Of a stretch of DNA of 64,000 bases, positions 31,623 to 44,624 are shown one piece after another. The translations under genes were made by a program, and so were the position numbers. Each line of letters begins with the position of its first letter. Positions within the stretch are counted from its first letter, which is position 1. This DNA is from Eledone cirrhosa (lineage: Eukaryota), in assembly GCA_964016885.1 (NCBI GenBank), contig OZ024747.1, forward strand, positions 1,302,001 to 1,366,000. Direction: 5' to 3'. The notes below the pieces were generated by a model. It worked only from the letters and a program-made list of their open reading frames with translations, searched no databases and had not been told where the DNA came from.

Positions 31623-34230
31623 GAATGTGGAGTGTTTCCTCTGAACCTCTGCAGTGCATCTGCTTTCTCCTGCACATACTCCCTCTTTGCTTCACCAGTT
31701 TGGGTGATCCAGGGCATGTAATTCCCAGCTACTGGGATTGATCTTGTGGTTTTTGAGGGATGTTTTAAGATTGTCTTTGAAATATTTCTTCCATCATCTG
31801 AGCACTTGCCCTGACTCAACTATCCATACAGGAGCTGTTTCAGTAGTTGTCTGCACACATCCCGATAACATGACCTGTCCATCTGACTTGGGTCTTCACT
31901 ACAAGAGTGTGGACATTACGACTGCAAGGCCGTCTCAAGACCTTCCAGTCTGGGATTTTTCCTGACACCATATATGAAAAAGTCTGCAAAGGCAGCTCAG
32001 AAGGAAATGGTTCAGCTGTTTAGTATATCTGCTGTAGACAGTTCAGGTTTTGCAGGTGTAAAGGAGAACATTGAGCACTACTACCAGGTAGACTTTGAGC
32101 TTGGTAGTGAAGCTGAATCCTTTCTCTTCCTACACATTCTTGCAGTCTCCCAAAGGTGGCACTGGCTTTGGTAATTCTATAGTTAACCTCTGTATTTATG
32201 TTTGCTATTCACAAGAGGGTAATTTCCAGATAGATGAAGGTAGCTTGTAGCTTATTTCCCTTCACTGTGATGTGTGGTTTGTGGTAGGGTTTTCTAGGTG
32301 CAAGCAGGTACAGAACAGTTTTGTTGGTTTTGATTCCTAAGTTATCACAAGCTAGTGAGAAGCTATTAATTTCTTGCTGCATCTTATGCAGTGTGCCAGC
32401 ATTGAGAGCAACTTTGTGAGAGCCTGTAGACGCCAGAGGTTAAATAGCCCACCATTAGTCCTGTATCAGATATGTATGCCATTCTAGCAATTGCGGAGAG
32501 CATTATGCAGCATAGCAGAAAAGACCATGTTGAAAAGTGTACGGGTGAGAATGCAACCCTGCTTCACACCATTACTCACTGCAAAATCTTCTGACTCGGC
32601 ACCATCATGGAATTGCCAAACAACTGCAATGAATCTGCTAGGACAGCCAAACTTTTCCATAGGCCATCTCTGCTGACAGTATCAAATCGACAAACGTCAT
32701 AAACAGGTTGCTGTGGACGGAAGCCATACTGGCTTTCTGGGAGGAGACCTTGTTCAAGGTATTGGAGAAGGTGATCAAGCAGGACATGGGCAAAGATCTT
32801 TCTGGCTAGGGACAGGAGGGAGATGCTTCAGTGTCACATAACAGCTGCCTTTCCTTTTGTAGAAATGAATTATGCTGGCATCTTTCAACAGTTGTGGGAC
32901 TTCCCTCGTTCCATATAGATTTAAAGAAGTCAGTCAGCTTTCACCTCATGGGTGAGCCTCCTGCTTCGTAAACTTCAGCAAGGATTGTATTGATCCTGGT
33001 GTTTTATTACAAGAGAGTTGACTGATGGCTTTTCTAACATCTTCCTCTGTGGAGGGAAGTGATCAAGGTTCTGGTTGATCAACTGTGGTAGCCAAGTGAT
33101 GACCTTATTGATTGAGGCTGAGTGGTTGAGGTGCTTGTTGAAGTGTTCAGGACATCTTTGCAGAAAATGCTTTTTCTCTAACAGTAGCTGAGTTCCATCT
33201 TCACTGAGGGAGAGAGAGAAACCAGAAGACTGGGGTCTATAACAGCCTTCAAAGCATCATAGAAATGCTTCCTGTTGTGACTGTCTGGATTTCATTGGCC
33301 TTATTGCTGAACTAGACATCCTGCATCTCATGTAGTTTCTTTTGCACATTTCATCTGACATGGATGAATGCTTCTTTTTATGACTGATGTGAGAGCATTC
33401 TGGTGTTCTCTGACAACAGGGCTTGTAACTTTTCAGCATTCTCATCAAACCAGTCTTAATTTCTGTGAAGTGCTGGTCCACAGTGTTCAAAAGCAGTGAA
33501 AACACCTAAATGTAATCCACAGCTTTTCAAAGCTGGTATGGTTAACCTGGGCTGTGCCTGACAACCTACTACCAAGGTCTTTGCAACATTTTTCTGCAAC
33601 TCTGATGAACTTCAACTTGGAAACATTGAGCCTCTTTGCAGTCTTCTGGCCTTGACGACTTCTCAAGGGCTTAAGTGGATTTTAAACTTGGACACTAAGA
33701 GTCACTGATCTGTCCAGCACCTTAGTTACTTACAGCTTGCCAGTCTTTCTTTCTAATGATGGCAGTTAATCAGATGTCAATAGAGAGAACATGAATACAT
33801 CCAGGAAGTTTTGTTAGAGAGGCAGAATAAAATATCTGTGATGACAAGACTGTGTGCAGCACATGACTTGAGGAGTAGCAGACCATAACTGTTCTACTTG
33901 CCAATGTCATATCTTCCAAGGATCCCTTTCCATGCCTGGTACCCCAAGTCTGGCGTTGAAGGCCCAAGGATAATAAGCTTCTCTGACTGTGGGACTGCTA
34001 CTGTATGAGTGGCGGGTTTCTTTATCATGTCGTCTGAGTTGGGGCATTTACACTGATCAAAGATGGAATCTTTCCGTTTCCAAGTGGAAACTGGAGTGTC
34101 GTCAGACGATTGTTGATGCTCTCTGGAAGATTGGGGAGTCTGCAAGCAAGGCATGACTGGACACCTGCCTCATTCTGTGCAGCTGTGACTGCTCCAGAAG
34201 GTGTATCCACCACCAAGTTCTGTAAGATGG
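31623..34230 (-). mobile_element. Degenerate RTE LINE of another family (endonuclease to RT)
   Basis: Remnants ISVNAPT (AP endonuclease), FVDL..DTVSR, GVKQGCILTRTLFNMVFSAML, SFSLACDNLG; many stops and indels. Confidence 0.75.
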
Positions 34231-35021
34231 CCCCGCTAGATGTGTTTTGTTAAGTAGTCAATGTATACATTGTAGAAGGCCAGTTCTCATATTTACGACC
34301 AAAGTTATATATCATTTCACAACAGATACAACAGCTATAACAAAATCATTTATAAAGATTAGTTAAAACAAGATCAGACACATTACGGTACACATTTCTG
34401 TAAGGGGTAAAGAAGGGCAGATCTGGCTGTATGGGGAAGTAGAGGAAAGGACTATATCTTTTATAAAACATTTCACAACTACCAGACACAACAGCATTTA
34501 TAAATCATTTCTCAAATGTCAGACACAACAATATCATTTATAAAACATTTCCAAAAAACATAATTTACAGGAAAATAGAAAAAAACATTTTAAATTTCTT
34601 AAAAACAAACAACTTCCTCTAACCGTTAAGAAATTTATGGATATTCTTCAGGACTCAAGTTTCTTTAAAGCAATACTGATCCAAAAATATTTGTTAATCC
34701 ACGTTGTACAACGTAAGTCTAAGTTAGTGTGTAAATATCTGTATATGGACACGTTAGAGATAAGGTTCGGTCTTCGGTTTCACATACACACATGTAGTGC
34801 AGGCTTCCATATTTTCGTGTGCATCTCAGCAAGTGCTCTCCACCATAAATTCGCATTGATCAATATTGCCAGGAGCCGTCATATATATAGATATATATAT
34901 AGAGAGACACACACATACATACATACATACACACACGTGTGTGGGTGTGTCGAAACCGGTGTCAATTAAAAAAAACTTTAGCTTAACAAGACAAAAAAAT
35001 AAAGATCTGTAACATATCAAA

Positions 35022-35077
<56 letters not shown>

Positions 35078-35251
35078 TCTTTCTCTCTACAAATATATAT
35101 TAGATTAAAATGTGTGGGTGCAATGTGATCGATTAAAACAATTAAAGGCGGTGTCCCGGACATTGGCTACAGTCCAATAATTGCAAACAATGAAAGAATA
35201 TAAAAACGTATACATATACATTTATACAAATAATTATATACATAAGCACGC

Positions 35252-35291
<40 letters not shown>

Positions 35292-35514
35292 TGTCGTTTC
35301 CTTGAACTATATATATATATATATAGTTCAAGGAAACGACAAAACAGAAATATAAAGTCAGTTTCACGCTTTATATCAAAAAGGATAGAGAGAGAGAGAG
35401 TTCTAGAATCAGACAGATCCATACAATGATCGTGTCTCGAGCTGTCTGTCGGCGAAACAATTGTAACAATAAATTGAGTCCAGATGCATCACTGATTTTT
35501 CGTTTTATATATAT

Positions 35515-35580
35515 ATCACACGTGTGAGTGTGTGTATATATAGTCTATAATGAATATATATATATATATATATGTGTGTG

Positions 35581-35613
<33 letters not shown>

Positions 35614-35970
35614 GTGTGAGTGTCTAGAGTCTATAATGAATATATATATATATATATGTATATATATACACACGTGTGAGTGTCTAGTCTATAATGAATA
35701 TATATATATATACACACGTGTGAGTGTCTATAGTCTATAATAAATATATATATATATATATATTACACACGTGTGAGTGTCTGTATAGTCTATAATGAAT
35801 ACATATATTACACACGTATGAGTGTCTGTATAGTCTATAATGAATATATATTATATATATTACACACGTGTGAGTGTGTGTATATATATATAGTCTATAA
35901 TGAATATATATATATATATATATATTACACACGTGTGAGTGTGTGTATATATAGTCTATAATGAATATAG
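35515..35970. repeat. Minisatellite, ~40-50 bp unit ACACGTGTGAGTGT..TAGTCTATAATGAA(TA)n, ~8 copies
   Basis: Direct reading. Confidence 0.85.
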
Positions 35971-36347
35971 AGGTATTAAGAAAGCCGGAACAGAACGACT
36001 AGGAATGAAGTATATAAAGCTACAGAAGAGTTTTTACCCCATATTTCACAATATTTCCAAGTATATTTCTCACCCCTTACATTTCTGAAATGGTCCTGAA
36101 CAATGCAGTAAATATATATACACCAGGTCCCAAGTTATAATCTGTGCCTTTCGTGTGTGTGGGTGTATATATATATATATATAAAGTGCCGAATTAAGTC
36201 AAACTTAGTAGTGTGTGTGTATATATATATATACTACGTGGAAGTTGAGACATTTATATATAATATATATAGAAAAGTGTGTTTATCAATTTGAGCTCAT
36301 AAATTACAGGGACCAATGCGAGTTTAGGACTCCGTTAATTTATTTTG

Positions 36348-36380
<33 letters not shown>

Positions 36381-36843
36381 ACGAGGAAGTTGAGACATAT
36401 ATATATATTTGTGTTTGGTTAAGAGAGTTCTTATATGAATAAAAACAACAAATATTGAATAATGGATACAGTAGTTCTGTAATGGTAAGAAACTCTGAGG
36501 AGAGCTGGACAGCAATGAGTCTTCAAAGAAGAAACCCCCCGCTCAAGATAGCGTTTTAGCCCTTAATAATGAGAGTGACTAGGAACTTTCTTTAGTTGTA
36601 TCGTGTTGAGACTGTTTAAACAGGCCACGACTGGTTAAACTTCGAAGTCACAGTTAGTCGTTAATATGCTATACACATACAAGTAGACATATACCAGAAC
36701 ATTCGTGTATATACACGTGTGTGTGTGTGTGTGTGTGTGTAATTGAGACGTGTATATCTTTCTCCTGTTTTCTAACTCTCAACTAAAAGTGGGTGTGTAA
36801 AAGAAAATACTTCGAATATTTAAACCATAAAAGGAGGATGCCG

Positions 36844-36883
<40 letters not shown>

Positions 36884-37898
36884 CGCTTGGAGCCGCGGTC
36901 GGGATTTTTACACCCCCCCCTCTCTCTATATATATATATATATATAAATATATCTTAGGCGAAATCTAATTGTCTGGCTCGTTATAACTAATATATATAT
37001 ATATATATATATAAGGTGATGCTCTGAAATTAGACATGGCCGAAACCTATCAAAGTTATATATAATATATAGGTAAAAGTGTTTTCCTTACCGGGAACTA
37101 AAAGTTTCAATGAGCAAAAGATCCAATACCTTAGTTTAAAGATTTCCAGCTAGACGTTAGAAACTGCTTTGGCTACTAATTATTGTACTAAACTTGCCTA
37201 ACCCACATTCCTCCCCTTTACTCTTCTCTCTCTCTCTCTCTCTAATTACTCTGCTAAACTTGCCTATCCCACATATATATTTCTTCGTCCCTCACTTAGC
37301 TTTCTTACTCTTTCAAATTACTCTACTAATCGCACCTTTCGCTCTAACACATACCACGTCTCTTTTCTCCTCCTACACCCCTCTCTCTCTCTCTACCTCT
37401 CTAATACTTTATAACTTTTCTAACATAGATATTTTTACTTTTCCTCTGTCTAGTACATCTCTCTCTCTCTACTATGTCTTTTCTTTTATACTCTTACTAT
37501 CTCTACTAACTACGTGTCTAATATATACCCCCCCCTCTTTTCTCTCTCTTTCACTTACACAACACCCTCTGCTTCTCTCTAATACCAACTATACTTGTCT
37601 AATAAATACTCACTTTTGTCCCTCTTTCTCTCTCTCTAACACTTTTAATACATCTAACTTTTATACAAACACTCTTACATCGTTACTCCCCCTCCCTCTC
37701 TCTTCCTCATTCACTCTTACTTACACTCAAACTCTCTCTCGGTCTCCGTTTTTTTACTTACCCTATAAATCTTCCTTCTTTCACTTTTACTTATAATCTA
37801 ACTCATATCTATTTGTACTTTGAAACTTGGTTGAATTATCATCTCTTACACTCACACACACACTGTATTCTTCCGCACAATATAACACGCCCACATAT

Positions 37899-38000
37899 GG
37901 CGCATGGCTTAGTGGTTAGAGCATTGGGCTTGCAATCGTGAGGTTGTGAGTTCGATTCTCGGACCGGGTGATGTGTTGTGTTCTTGAGCAAGACACTATA
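37899..38000 (+). mobile_element. Second tRNA-derived SINE family (other copies ~47699-47840 +, ~57740-57860 -, ~60755-60835 +)
   Basis: A-box TGGCTTAGTGG, B-box GAGTTCGATTC, followed by the body tgtgttcttgagcaagacact rather than a tRNA 3' end. Confidence 0.8.
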
Positions 38001-38094
38001 TAAGTTAAACTGATCTAAATAACCTAGATACTGCAATTGCTGGCCAGGAAATCACTGAGGCAGTTACTCCATTTATAACTAGTAAAATAAATAT

Positions 38095-38390
38095 AATTGT
38101 TTCTACATTAGGCACAAGGCCAGCAATTATCCCAGTGCATTACTGGTACTTTATTTTATCAACCCTGTAAGGATGAAAGGCAAAGTTAACCTCGGCGGGA
38201 TTTGAACTCAGATCATAAAGGGAGGTAACTCTATGCTTCAAAGCATGGCGCCCAGCCCTCTACCAATACTGCCAATCCATCGCCCTAGTAAAATAAATAT
38301 AATTGTTTCTACATTAGGCACAAGGCCAGCAATTATCCCAGTGCATTACCGGTACTTTATTTTATCGACCCCGTAAGGATGAAAGGCAAG
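38095..38390 (-). mobile_element. OK-SINE-like copy plus tandem partial duplicate (another partial copy at 39735-39843)
   Basis: Same family as 3905-4070; ctagtaaaataaatataattgtttctac is repeated at ~38079 and ~38285. Confidence 0.8.
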
Positions 38391-38939
38391 ACAAGAAGAA
38401 ATTGGTTGATATTAGCAGACACAATGAAGAAGTTTTGGATAACAGATATATCTTAAAAAGACTAATTTGAATAAGATATCAAACTTGTGGAAGATTAATG
38501 TAAGATTCATGGTTATTGTGATTGTGAGTTATCTAAAAACAAGGTCAGCAATATTACTGCCTATCTATGTCTTCTTCTTCTCCCACATATTCCTGAGAGG
38601 GTGATGGAGCTCAGAGTCCCAAAACACTCCCTCCAGCAGGTCCTACCTGAAGCAACCGACTCCAACTGATCTGGCTGGATCCCCAAGTATGACCAGCCAA
38701 GCTCATGGATGTTATCCAACCATCTTGCTGTGGGGGGGTCTACCCTTGGGTCCCCTGCTGGTTGGTTTTGCCCTTAAAATCTCTCCAGTGATTCTTTCCT
38801 AAGACATTCTAACCACATAGTATCAGAGCTGTGATTTCTCAATTCAGAGAAGTAGTTGCTCTACCTGGAGTGGCTCTCTGCAGAGCTGTTCTGCTAGAGA
38901 ATGGGTCACAGGTGTCGGATAGCAATACAGCCACTAGAC

Positions 38940-39590
38940 ATAATGGTTACTTGCGATATAAGCAGGTAGTTGCTGGACAAATAAGCAGCCCTGGACCAAC
39001 AGATTCCCTTGAATTTGAGTGTTCTGCACTTCTTTATGCAGCTTTCATCCAGCATATTCATCACATAACCATACCAACTCAATCTTATCTCTTCTACACT
39101 GCATCTCATCCCTCTTATATCCAGATTTTCTCTAAGTACATTAATGCTTTGTTATTCATGTGTACTACTATTACACATCCATCAGAGCCTGCACACTTCA
39201 TTTTGTTCCCAATTTGCAGAAACTGTCAGTACATGAGGCCCAAGTTTCATCTCCATGAAGCATCACAGTTCACACACAGACATCATACAATCTTCATTTT
39301 CTCTCTGAGAGAGAAATGCTGTGTAGCAAGCAGAGTTAGAAGCTCTCTCAACTTTTCCCAGATGGTCCTTACTCTAGCTACTGTACTTACAGAAGATCCA
39401 CACAGTCACCTCTACTAATTAGGTTACCCAACTAGCAGATGGTGTCAATTATTTCTAGGGAGTCATCTCAGCATTTGATAGAACCTACTTTATGTACAGT
39501 CTTGCTGCTTATTGCTCATGTGCATCTGCCACATTAGAAGTCTGGGTTCTTCAATAGCCTGAGATGCTACCATATCTCTTGTATACACTT
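38940..39590 (-). mobile_element. Old RTE LINE fragment
   Basis: RLSWYGYVMNMLDESCIKKCRTLK matches the RTE C-terminus. Confidence 0.75.
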
Positions 39591-39890
39591 CTCTCTCTCT
39601 CTCTCTCTCTCTCTTTTTCTCTCTCCCTCTCTCCCTCTCTCTATCTATCTATCTATATATATAGTTGATAAATGAATCAAAACAAGGAAACACACACACA
39701 CATAAAAAAGATATATATGTATATATATATTTATGTCTACTTTAGGCACAAGGCCAGCAATTACCCAGTTCATTACTGGTACTTTATTTTATCGACCCTG
39801 TAAGGATGAAAGGCAAAGTCAACCTCGGCGGGATTTGAACTCAATATATGTATATATATATGTATATATATATTATATATATATTATATA

Positions 39891-42800
39891 CTAGCAGTTT
39901 AGCCCGGCGTTGCTCGGGTTTCTTCATTTGCTATGAAAAGTTACATACAGGTAAATGTGACTTGAAAGCGAATAAGCTTATCAATTAAGTGCATAAAGCA
40001 GTTGAACCGGTTATTAAAAGTTATGAACCAATTAGCATTTTGGACAATCAATGATGGGTTAATAATCTTCCAATAGCGAATTTAGCAGACCAAAGTTGCA
40101 AGATGGTGGCCCTGATGCCGCTGGGTGTCAGACCTGTCCTCCGCCATGGGTGACCCTACCAGTTTTCCAGACGGCATAGCTCCAACACCTCCAACACCTG
40201 CACCAACATCTATAGCACCTCTTTGTAGATGATATTGCATGTCATGCCTTGAGGAGTGTAAGCAAAAAGTCCATTCCTGCTCCCTACGCGGGAACAGGCA
40301 ACATAAAGGTGGCCATGGGAGAAGCATGGCTCCCCCAAATGGATGCCCGCCACCGACAATGTTTGCCCTTGTGACTTGTTAATGGACATGGCAAAAGATG
40401 GTCTCACCGGGAATTGGGAACGCCGGAAATCGAACGGGATATCTGACGCCGAGGGGAAAAGGTTTATCCTTGGAATGAAAACATTCTCCCCTCTCCTGCA
40501 CGCCTTTACAATGGGGGCCTCAATCAAGTGGGGCGTCAGTGAGTTGACGACCATGCGAGTACCGTTGCACTGCTTTGGTGGATGCAAGTTCCTTATTAGC
40601 ATAATGGGACAGCCAACCCTGAGCTTAAGAATGTGAGGTGGGAGCTCTGGGGGCTCAAGGGAATTTAATAACTCAACCGGATAATTAACGATATCGTCGG
40701 GGTCTGACGTCCGGTCAATAGATTTGAAGATGTGCTCTTTACCAGGAATCTTCTCAATCAGCTGCTCATTAATAAAATTAACCATGGTATTTTTCGGAGC
40801 AAGGATGGCTCTTGCGCTGAGCCAATCGAGGTTTTTAAAGTTAGATGAGACATTAGGAAAAACTGCTTCCCAAAGGTCAGAAGGGCTGCTCACTATGTTT
40901 CCCAGGGAGTCGATTGCTATGCCGCCCTTGTCATCCGCAGGGACCTTGCCCTCACCAAGTGCTAAAATGTTCTGAGCAAATGCTGCAGACATGTCACCAT
41001 GCAAATGAGCACGCATATTTGTGCTCAGGTACAAACTCTTCACCTGGAGCCACAAAATGGACGACTTAAGGTAGGCATGCACTTCATCAGCTCTTGTCCT
41101 TTTGGGGATGCCAGGCAGCGTTTGCCAAAAATCCCCTGATAGCAGAAGGGTTACGCCACCCATAGGAGCCGTAGAATCCCTAATGTCTTTCAGGGTCCTG
41201 TCCAATGCCTCAAGGGCACCCTTGTGTGCCATTGTGCACTCATCCCAAACAATGAGGCAACATTTTTTGAGAACCAGAGCTTCGTGTGAACTCTTTCTGA
41301 TATTGCATGTTGGTGTCTCAGTTTTTACTAAATCCAAGGGGAGTTTAAAGGTTGAATGTGCTGTCCTACCTCCCGGCAGCCAAGTAGCAGCGATCTCGGA
41401 CGATGCAACGGCCAACGCAATTTTTTTCTCCTGACGAATCTTAGTGAGAATCAATTTCGTTACAAAACTTTTTCCGGTACCCCCTGGAGCATCGAGAAAG
41501 TAAATACCCCCAGTCTGATTTTGAACCGCGTCAATGATAGTTAAATAGGCCAACCTTTGGTCCGAGAGACGTTTGGGCTCATTTTCCTCTAAGTATTGGG
41601 AAAGAGATTCGATGTCATATGCTGTTTCCCGCAACAAATCCGGGGCCAACGTGTTAGCTTCCTCTCTGACGGTTGACAGCAAGCCATATGAGGCCAACTC
41701 ACTCCCACCCATGTCGAGAAGGGCGTCCTCGATATCAATGAGTGCCCTGTTGTAGATAATGTCGCTGTAACCAACTTCCACTGAAATATACTGCAGATGA
41801 GCCAGGCGCAGGAAGTCCTCAGACATGAAGTCTCTACTTGACCCATAAAGATTTGGGATCACCCAATTCACACTTTTGAAGCAAAATGGCAAAGAGTTCC
41901 CGTAGACCTTTAGGTGATTTCAACAAAGCACCCTCTGCTAAAGTGGAATCCCATTGCGAATCATCTTCCAAAAGACCACGCTTGAAGCAGGCTTCCCGGT
42001 ATGTATCACATATTTCTCCATCAACAGTTTTGAGGTCCTGAAAACTTTGTGGGTCTACAACCTCATGCAGAAGAAGGGGGAGATGAAACCACTCATGCTG
42101 ACTGGGGGGCACAGTGTAAACCCTTCCAAGACAGTTGTCAAATTTTGCACCAGGATGTCTTTCAACAACCTCACCTGACTTTCTTCGCACCCAAATATTT
42201 TTTGACCATATAAAGTAGGATGGAGCCTGGGGGTACACAATTGTTTGCGCAAATGTATTGAACTAGCAAAGTTAGAAAAAACCCGTTAGAGTGGTCTCTT
42301 TCGGATCGGCGGCCAACTTGGTGGCAGTTTGGTCCATAAAGTAAACCCTTTGCCCATTTTCCAAATGTACCGCAAGCTTTACGATGGCTGGGTGCTACTG
42401 ATGTACCGCCCCGCCAAGTATTCTGTGACCTCATCCCTGCTATTTTCAGCTTGAAATGCGAACATTGCGGCATCAGAGACCTTATTTACATATTTGCATA
42501 TGTATTTTATCGACTTGACAGAGTTGCAAAACTCAACGTTGATGTGGGCGTTGAACATCTTCAAGAGAAGCGGGCAGTAAGGGACCACCCATCTATTGTT
42601 GACTTGACCTCCCTTTACTGTTGTGGTGAAGCCACCGTTCTTGGGCCGTCTCTGCCTGTACAGGGGGTACCTGTCGCCACCAGTCTGAGTCTGGTCAACA
42701 AATTTTTTGGGGTATCCCTTACTGCATGACCGACCCCCCCCCTTTCAGATACGTGTGATGCTCATTAGGATCTGACGCACACGGACCATGTTAGCTTTGA

Positions 42801-43423
42801 CGATCTCATGTAATTCCTGGTCAGTTGCTGGGTTAGGGATTTCAGCCGAAGCTGTCTATGACATTTGAATTGATTTTATCAGCTAACCAAATCAAAATGT
42901 GAGCATGTGGCAGCCCTCGTTTTTGCCATTCGACGGTGAACATGTCACATTTTACAGCCCCAAATACCTGACACTTTTTGATTAACGCCATGAGTTTAGC
43001 CAGTTTCAGTCTGAAACACTCTGGCAATGAGGTCATGTCTGTTCGAATAATTTTGCTCAGGAAAAAGTTCACGGGTTACATTCCGATTCATATGTCTATA
43101 GCATTAATCTGTTATATGAAGTGTTATTTTGCGGGTTGTTATTTGCAATAAGCTGATTGAAAATGCCCCAGATAAGCTGTATGTCAATACGGAATGCTCC
43201 ACTGCAGCGTTGTCATATAGGGAGTGAAGAGCGATAGAGAGAGTGAAGCAGTTAAATTATAGAGAGGGGGAATGATCATGATCGATTTTTGCCCTTATTG
43301 TTGATGGATTAGAAATTTTTTTCCTTCAGGACCTTATCCTGAGCAAAAGCAATAATTGTCCGGACTTTGAATAGAATCCGTTGGAATCCGTTACAAACCT
43401 TAACACACACATCCCCAGATTTA
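39891..43423 (-). mobile_element. Helitron (Rep/helicase), internally deleted and frameshifted in Rep
   Basis: 3' end on -: hairpin CCCGAGCAACGCCGGG then CTAG|T at 39891. Rep motifs VEWQKRGLPHAHILIWL (HUH) and KYICKYVNK. 5' end near cTATATATATAAA at ~43423 (approximate). Confidence 0.92.
40210..41892 (-). CDS. Helitron Pif1-like DNA helicase domain
   Basis: FLDAPGGTGKS (Walker A), IVWDECTM (Walker B), GDFWQTLP, LSTNMR, CNGTR, FAMSINKSQGQT, LYVACSRV. Confidence 0.9.
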   Translation of the reverse strand: MPFCFKSVNWVIPNLYGSSRDFMSEDFLRLAHLQYISVEVGYSDIIYNRALIDIEDALLDMGGSELASYGLLSTVREEANTLAPDLLRETAYDIESLSQYLEENEPKRLSDQRLAYLTIIDAVQNQTGGIYFLDAPGGTGKSFVTKLILTKIRQEKKIALAVASSEIAATWLPGGRTAHSTFKLPLDLVKTETPTCNIRKSSHEALVLKKCCLIVWDECTMAHKGALEALDRTLKDIRDSTAPMGGVTLLLSGDFWQTLPGIPKRTRADEVHAYLKSSILWLQVKSLYLSTNMRAHLHGDMSAAFAQNILALGEGKVPADDKGGIAIDSLGNIVSSPSDLWEAVFPNVSSNFKNLDWLSARAILAPKNTMVNFINEQLIEKIPGKEHIFKSIDRTSDPDDIVNYPVELLNSLEPPELPPHILKLRVGCPIMLIRNLHPPKQCNGTRMVVNSLTPHLIEAPIVKACRRGENVFIPRINLFPSASDIPFDFRRSQFPVRPSFAMSINKSQGQTLSVAGIHLGEPCFSHGHLYVACSRVGSRNGLFAYTPQGMTCNIIYKEVL

Positions 43424-43850
43424 TATATATAGGGTGACTTTAAAAAATAATTTTTTTGACAAAAACTGATGAAACACCAAACATATTTAGTTTAATTCAC
43501 TAAAATCAACATATAAAAAATTCTGTAACTTCTGATGTTTAGTAATGGTCCTGGATTTGTTGATGTATACCACATCCTTTGTATAACCCCAAACAAAGAA
43601 ATATGGCGGTTAAATCAGGGCTGCGTTTGGCCCCCTCAAAATCAGTCTTCAAACTAAGCACACAATTTCCAAAGCTATTTTTATCGCGGCTCATTGGAGG
43701 TGTGAAAGCTTGCTCCATCTCGCTGGAACCAGACCTTATTTATTAGAAATGGGTACATGGTCTGTAGCTCCTTTTTGAAGTCTTCCAGGACCTCCAAAGA
43801 ATGTCCTTTTCTGACTTTAGCAGGGACACCATTTTATTTGAAGGAGAATG
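43421..43850 (-). mobile_element. Tc1/mariner-superfamily transposase 3' remnant
   Basis: Minus-strand remnants WFQRDGASFH and KRSPDLTAI (cf. WFQQDGAPAH, WPxRSPDLTP); TA|GGGTG TIR-like end. Confidence 0.65.
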
Positions 43851-44368
43851 AACCAATCAACCCTCTCTCAGAAATGTCAGCCCAGGCAATACATCTGGTT
43901 TTCTTGTCTTCTTAGACATTGTATCTGGATTGTGTTAAAATTTAAGGTTGATCGGTTACAAAATGAATATAGAGCAACACAAAACATGCGTGGGAGGCAT
44001 TTCTTTTTTACTCACACTGATATATATAATCATCATCATCATCATCTTTATATATATTATATATGTATATATAAATATATATATATATATAGGATTTCAC
44101 TTCATATATATATACCTATATTTATATATGTGTGTGTATGTATTATATATGTGAGAGGTATGTTGGTCTATTATTTAGATGTACCAAAAGTCTTTAGTTA
44201 TACTGGTATGTGCAATGACCTATATACAATCTGTCTTGTATCTTCAAACAAGTAGATCCCACTTTTCCAGTTTTTTTATTTGTATATATATATATGTATG
44301 TATGTATATATATATATATGCATATATGTATGTATGTATATATGTATATATATATACATATATGTATG

Positions 44369-44421
<53 letters not shown>

Positions 44422-44624
44422 ATATACATGTATGCATGTGTATATATGTATATATATGTATATTCATGTATACATGTGTATGTATATGCGTGGGGACATA
44501 GAAATAATTGGGCTGGATACCAGATCGCGCGGTTAAACCAGTGGGAATGAAGGACCCCTAGCCTTTGTCAGGGCATTCTTCTAGGAGAAGGCAACTCAGG
44601 AAAAATTCTTCACGCACAGGCATT

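Noticed and set aside
34637-34969. 110-aa ORF with an internal strong donor (CAAC|GTAAGT) and possible exon
   Set aside because: No recognisable homology or partner exons, and it runs into microsatellite.
37194-37796. 200-aa Leu/Ser/Thr-rich 'membrane protein' ORF
   Set aside because: Low-complexity CT-rich DNA depleted of G and therefore of stops; no ATG start.
37899-37970. tRNA gene
   Set aside because: Has A and B boxes but continues into the SINE body and lacks a proper acceptor stem and poly-T terminator; multicopy.
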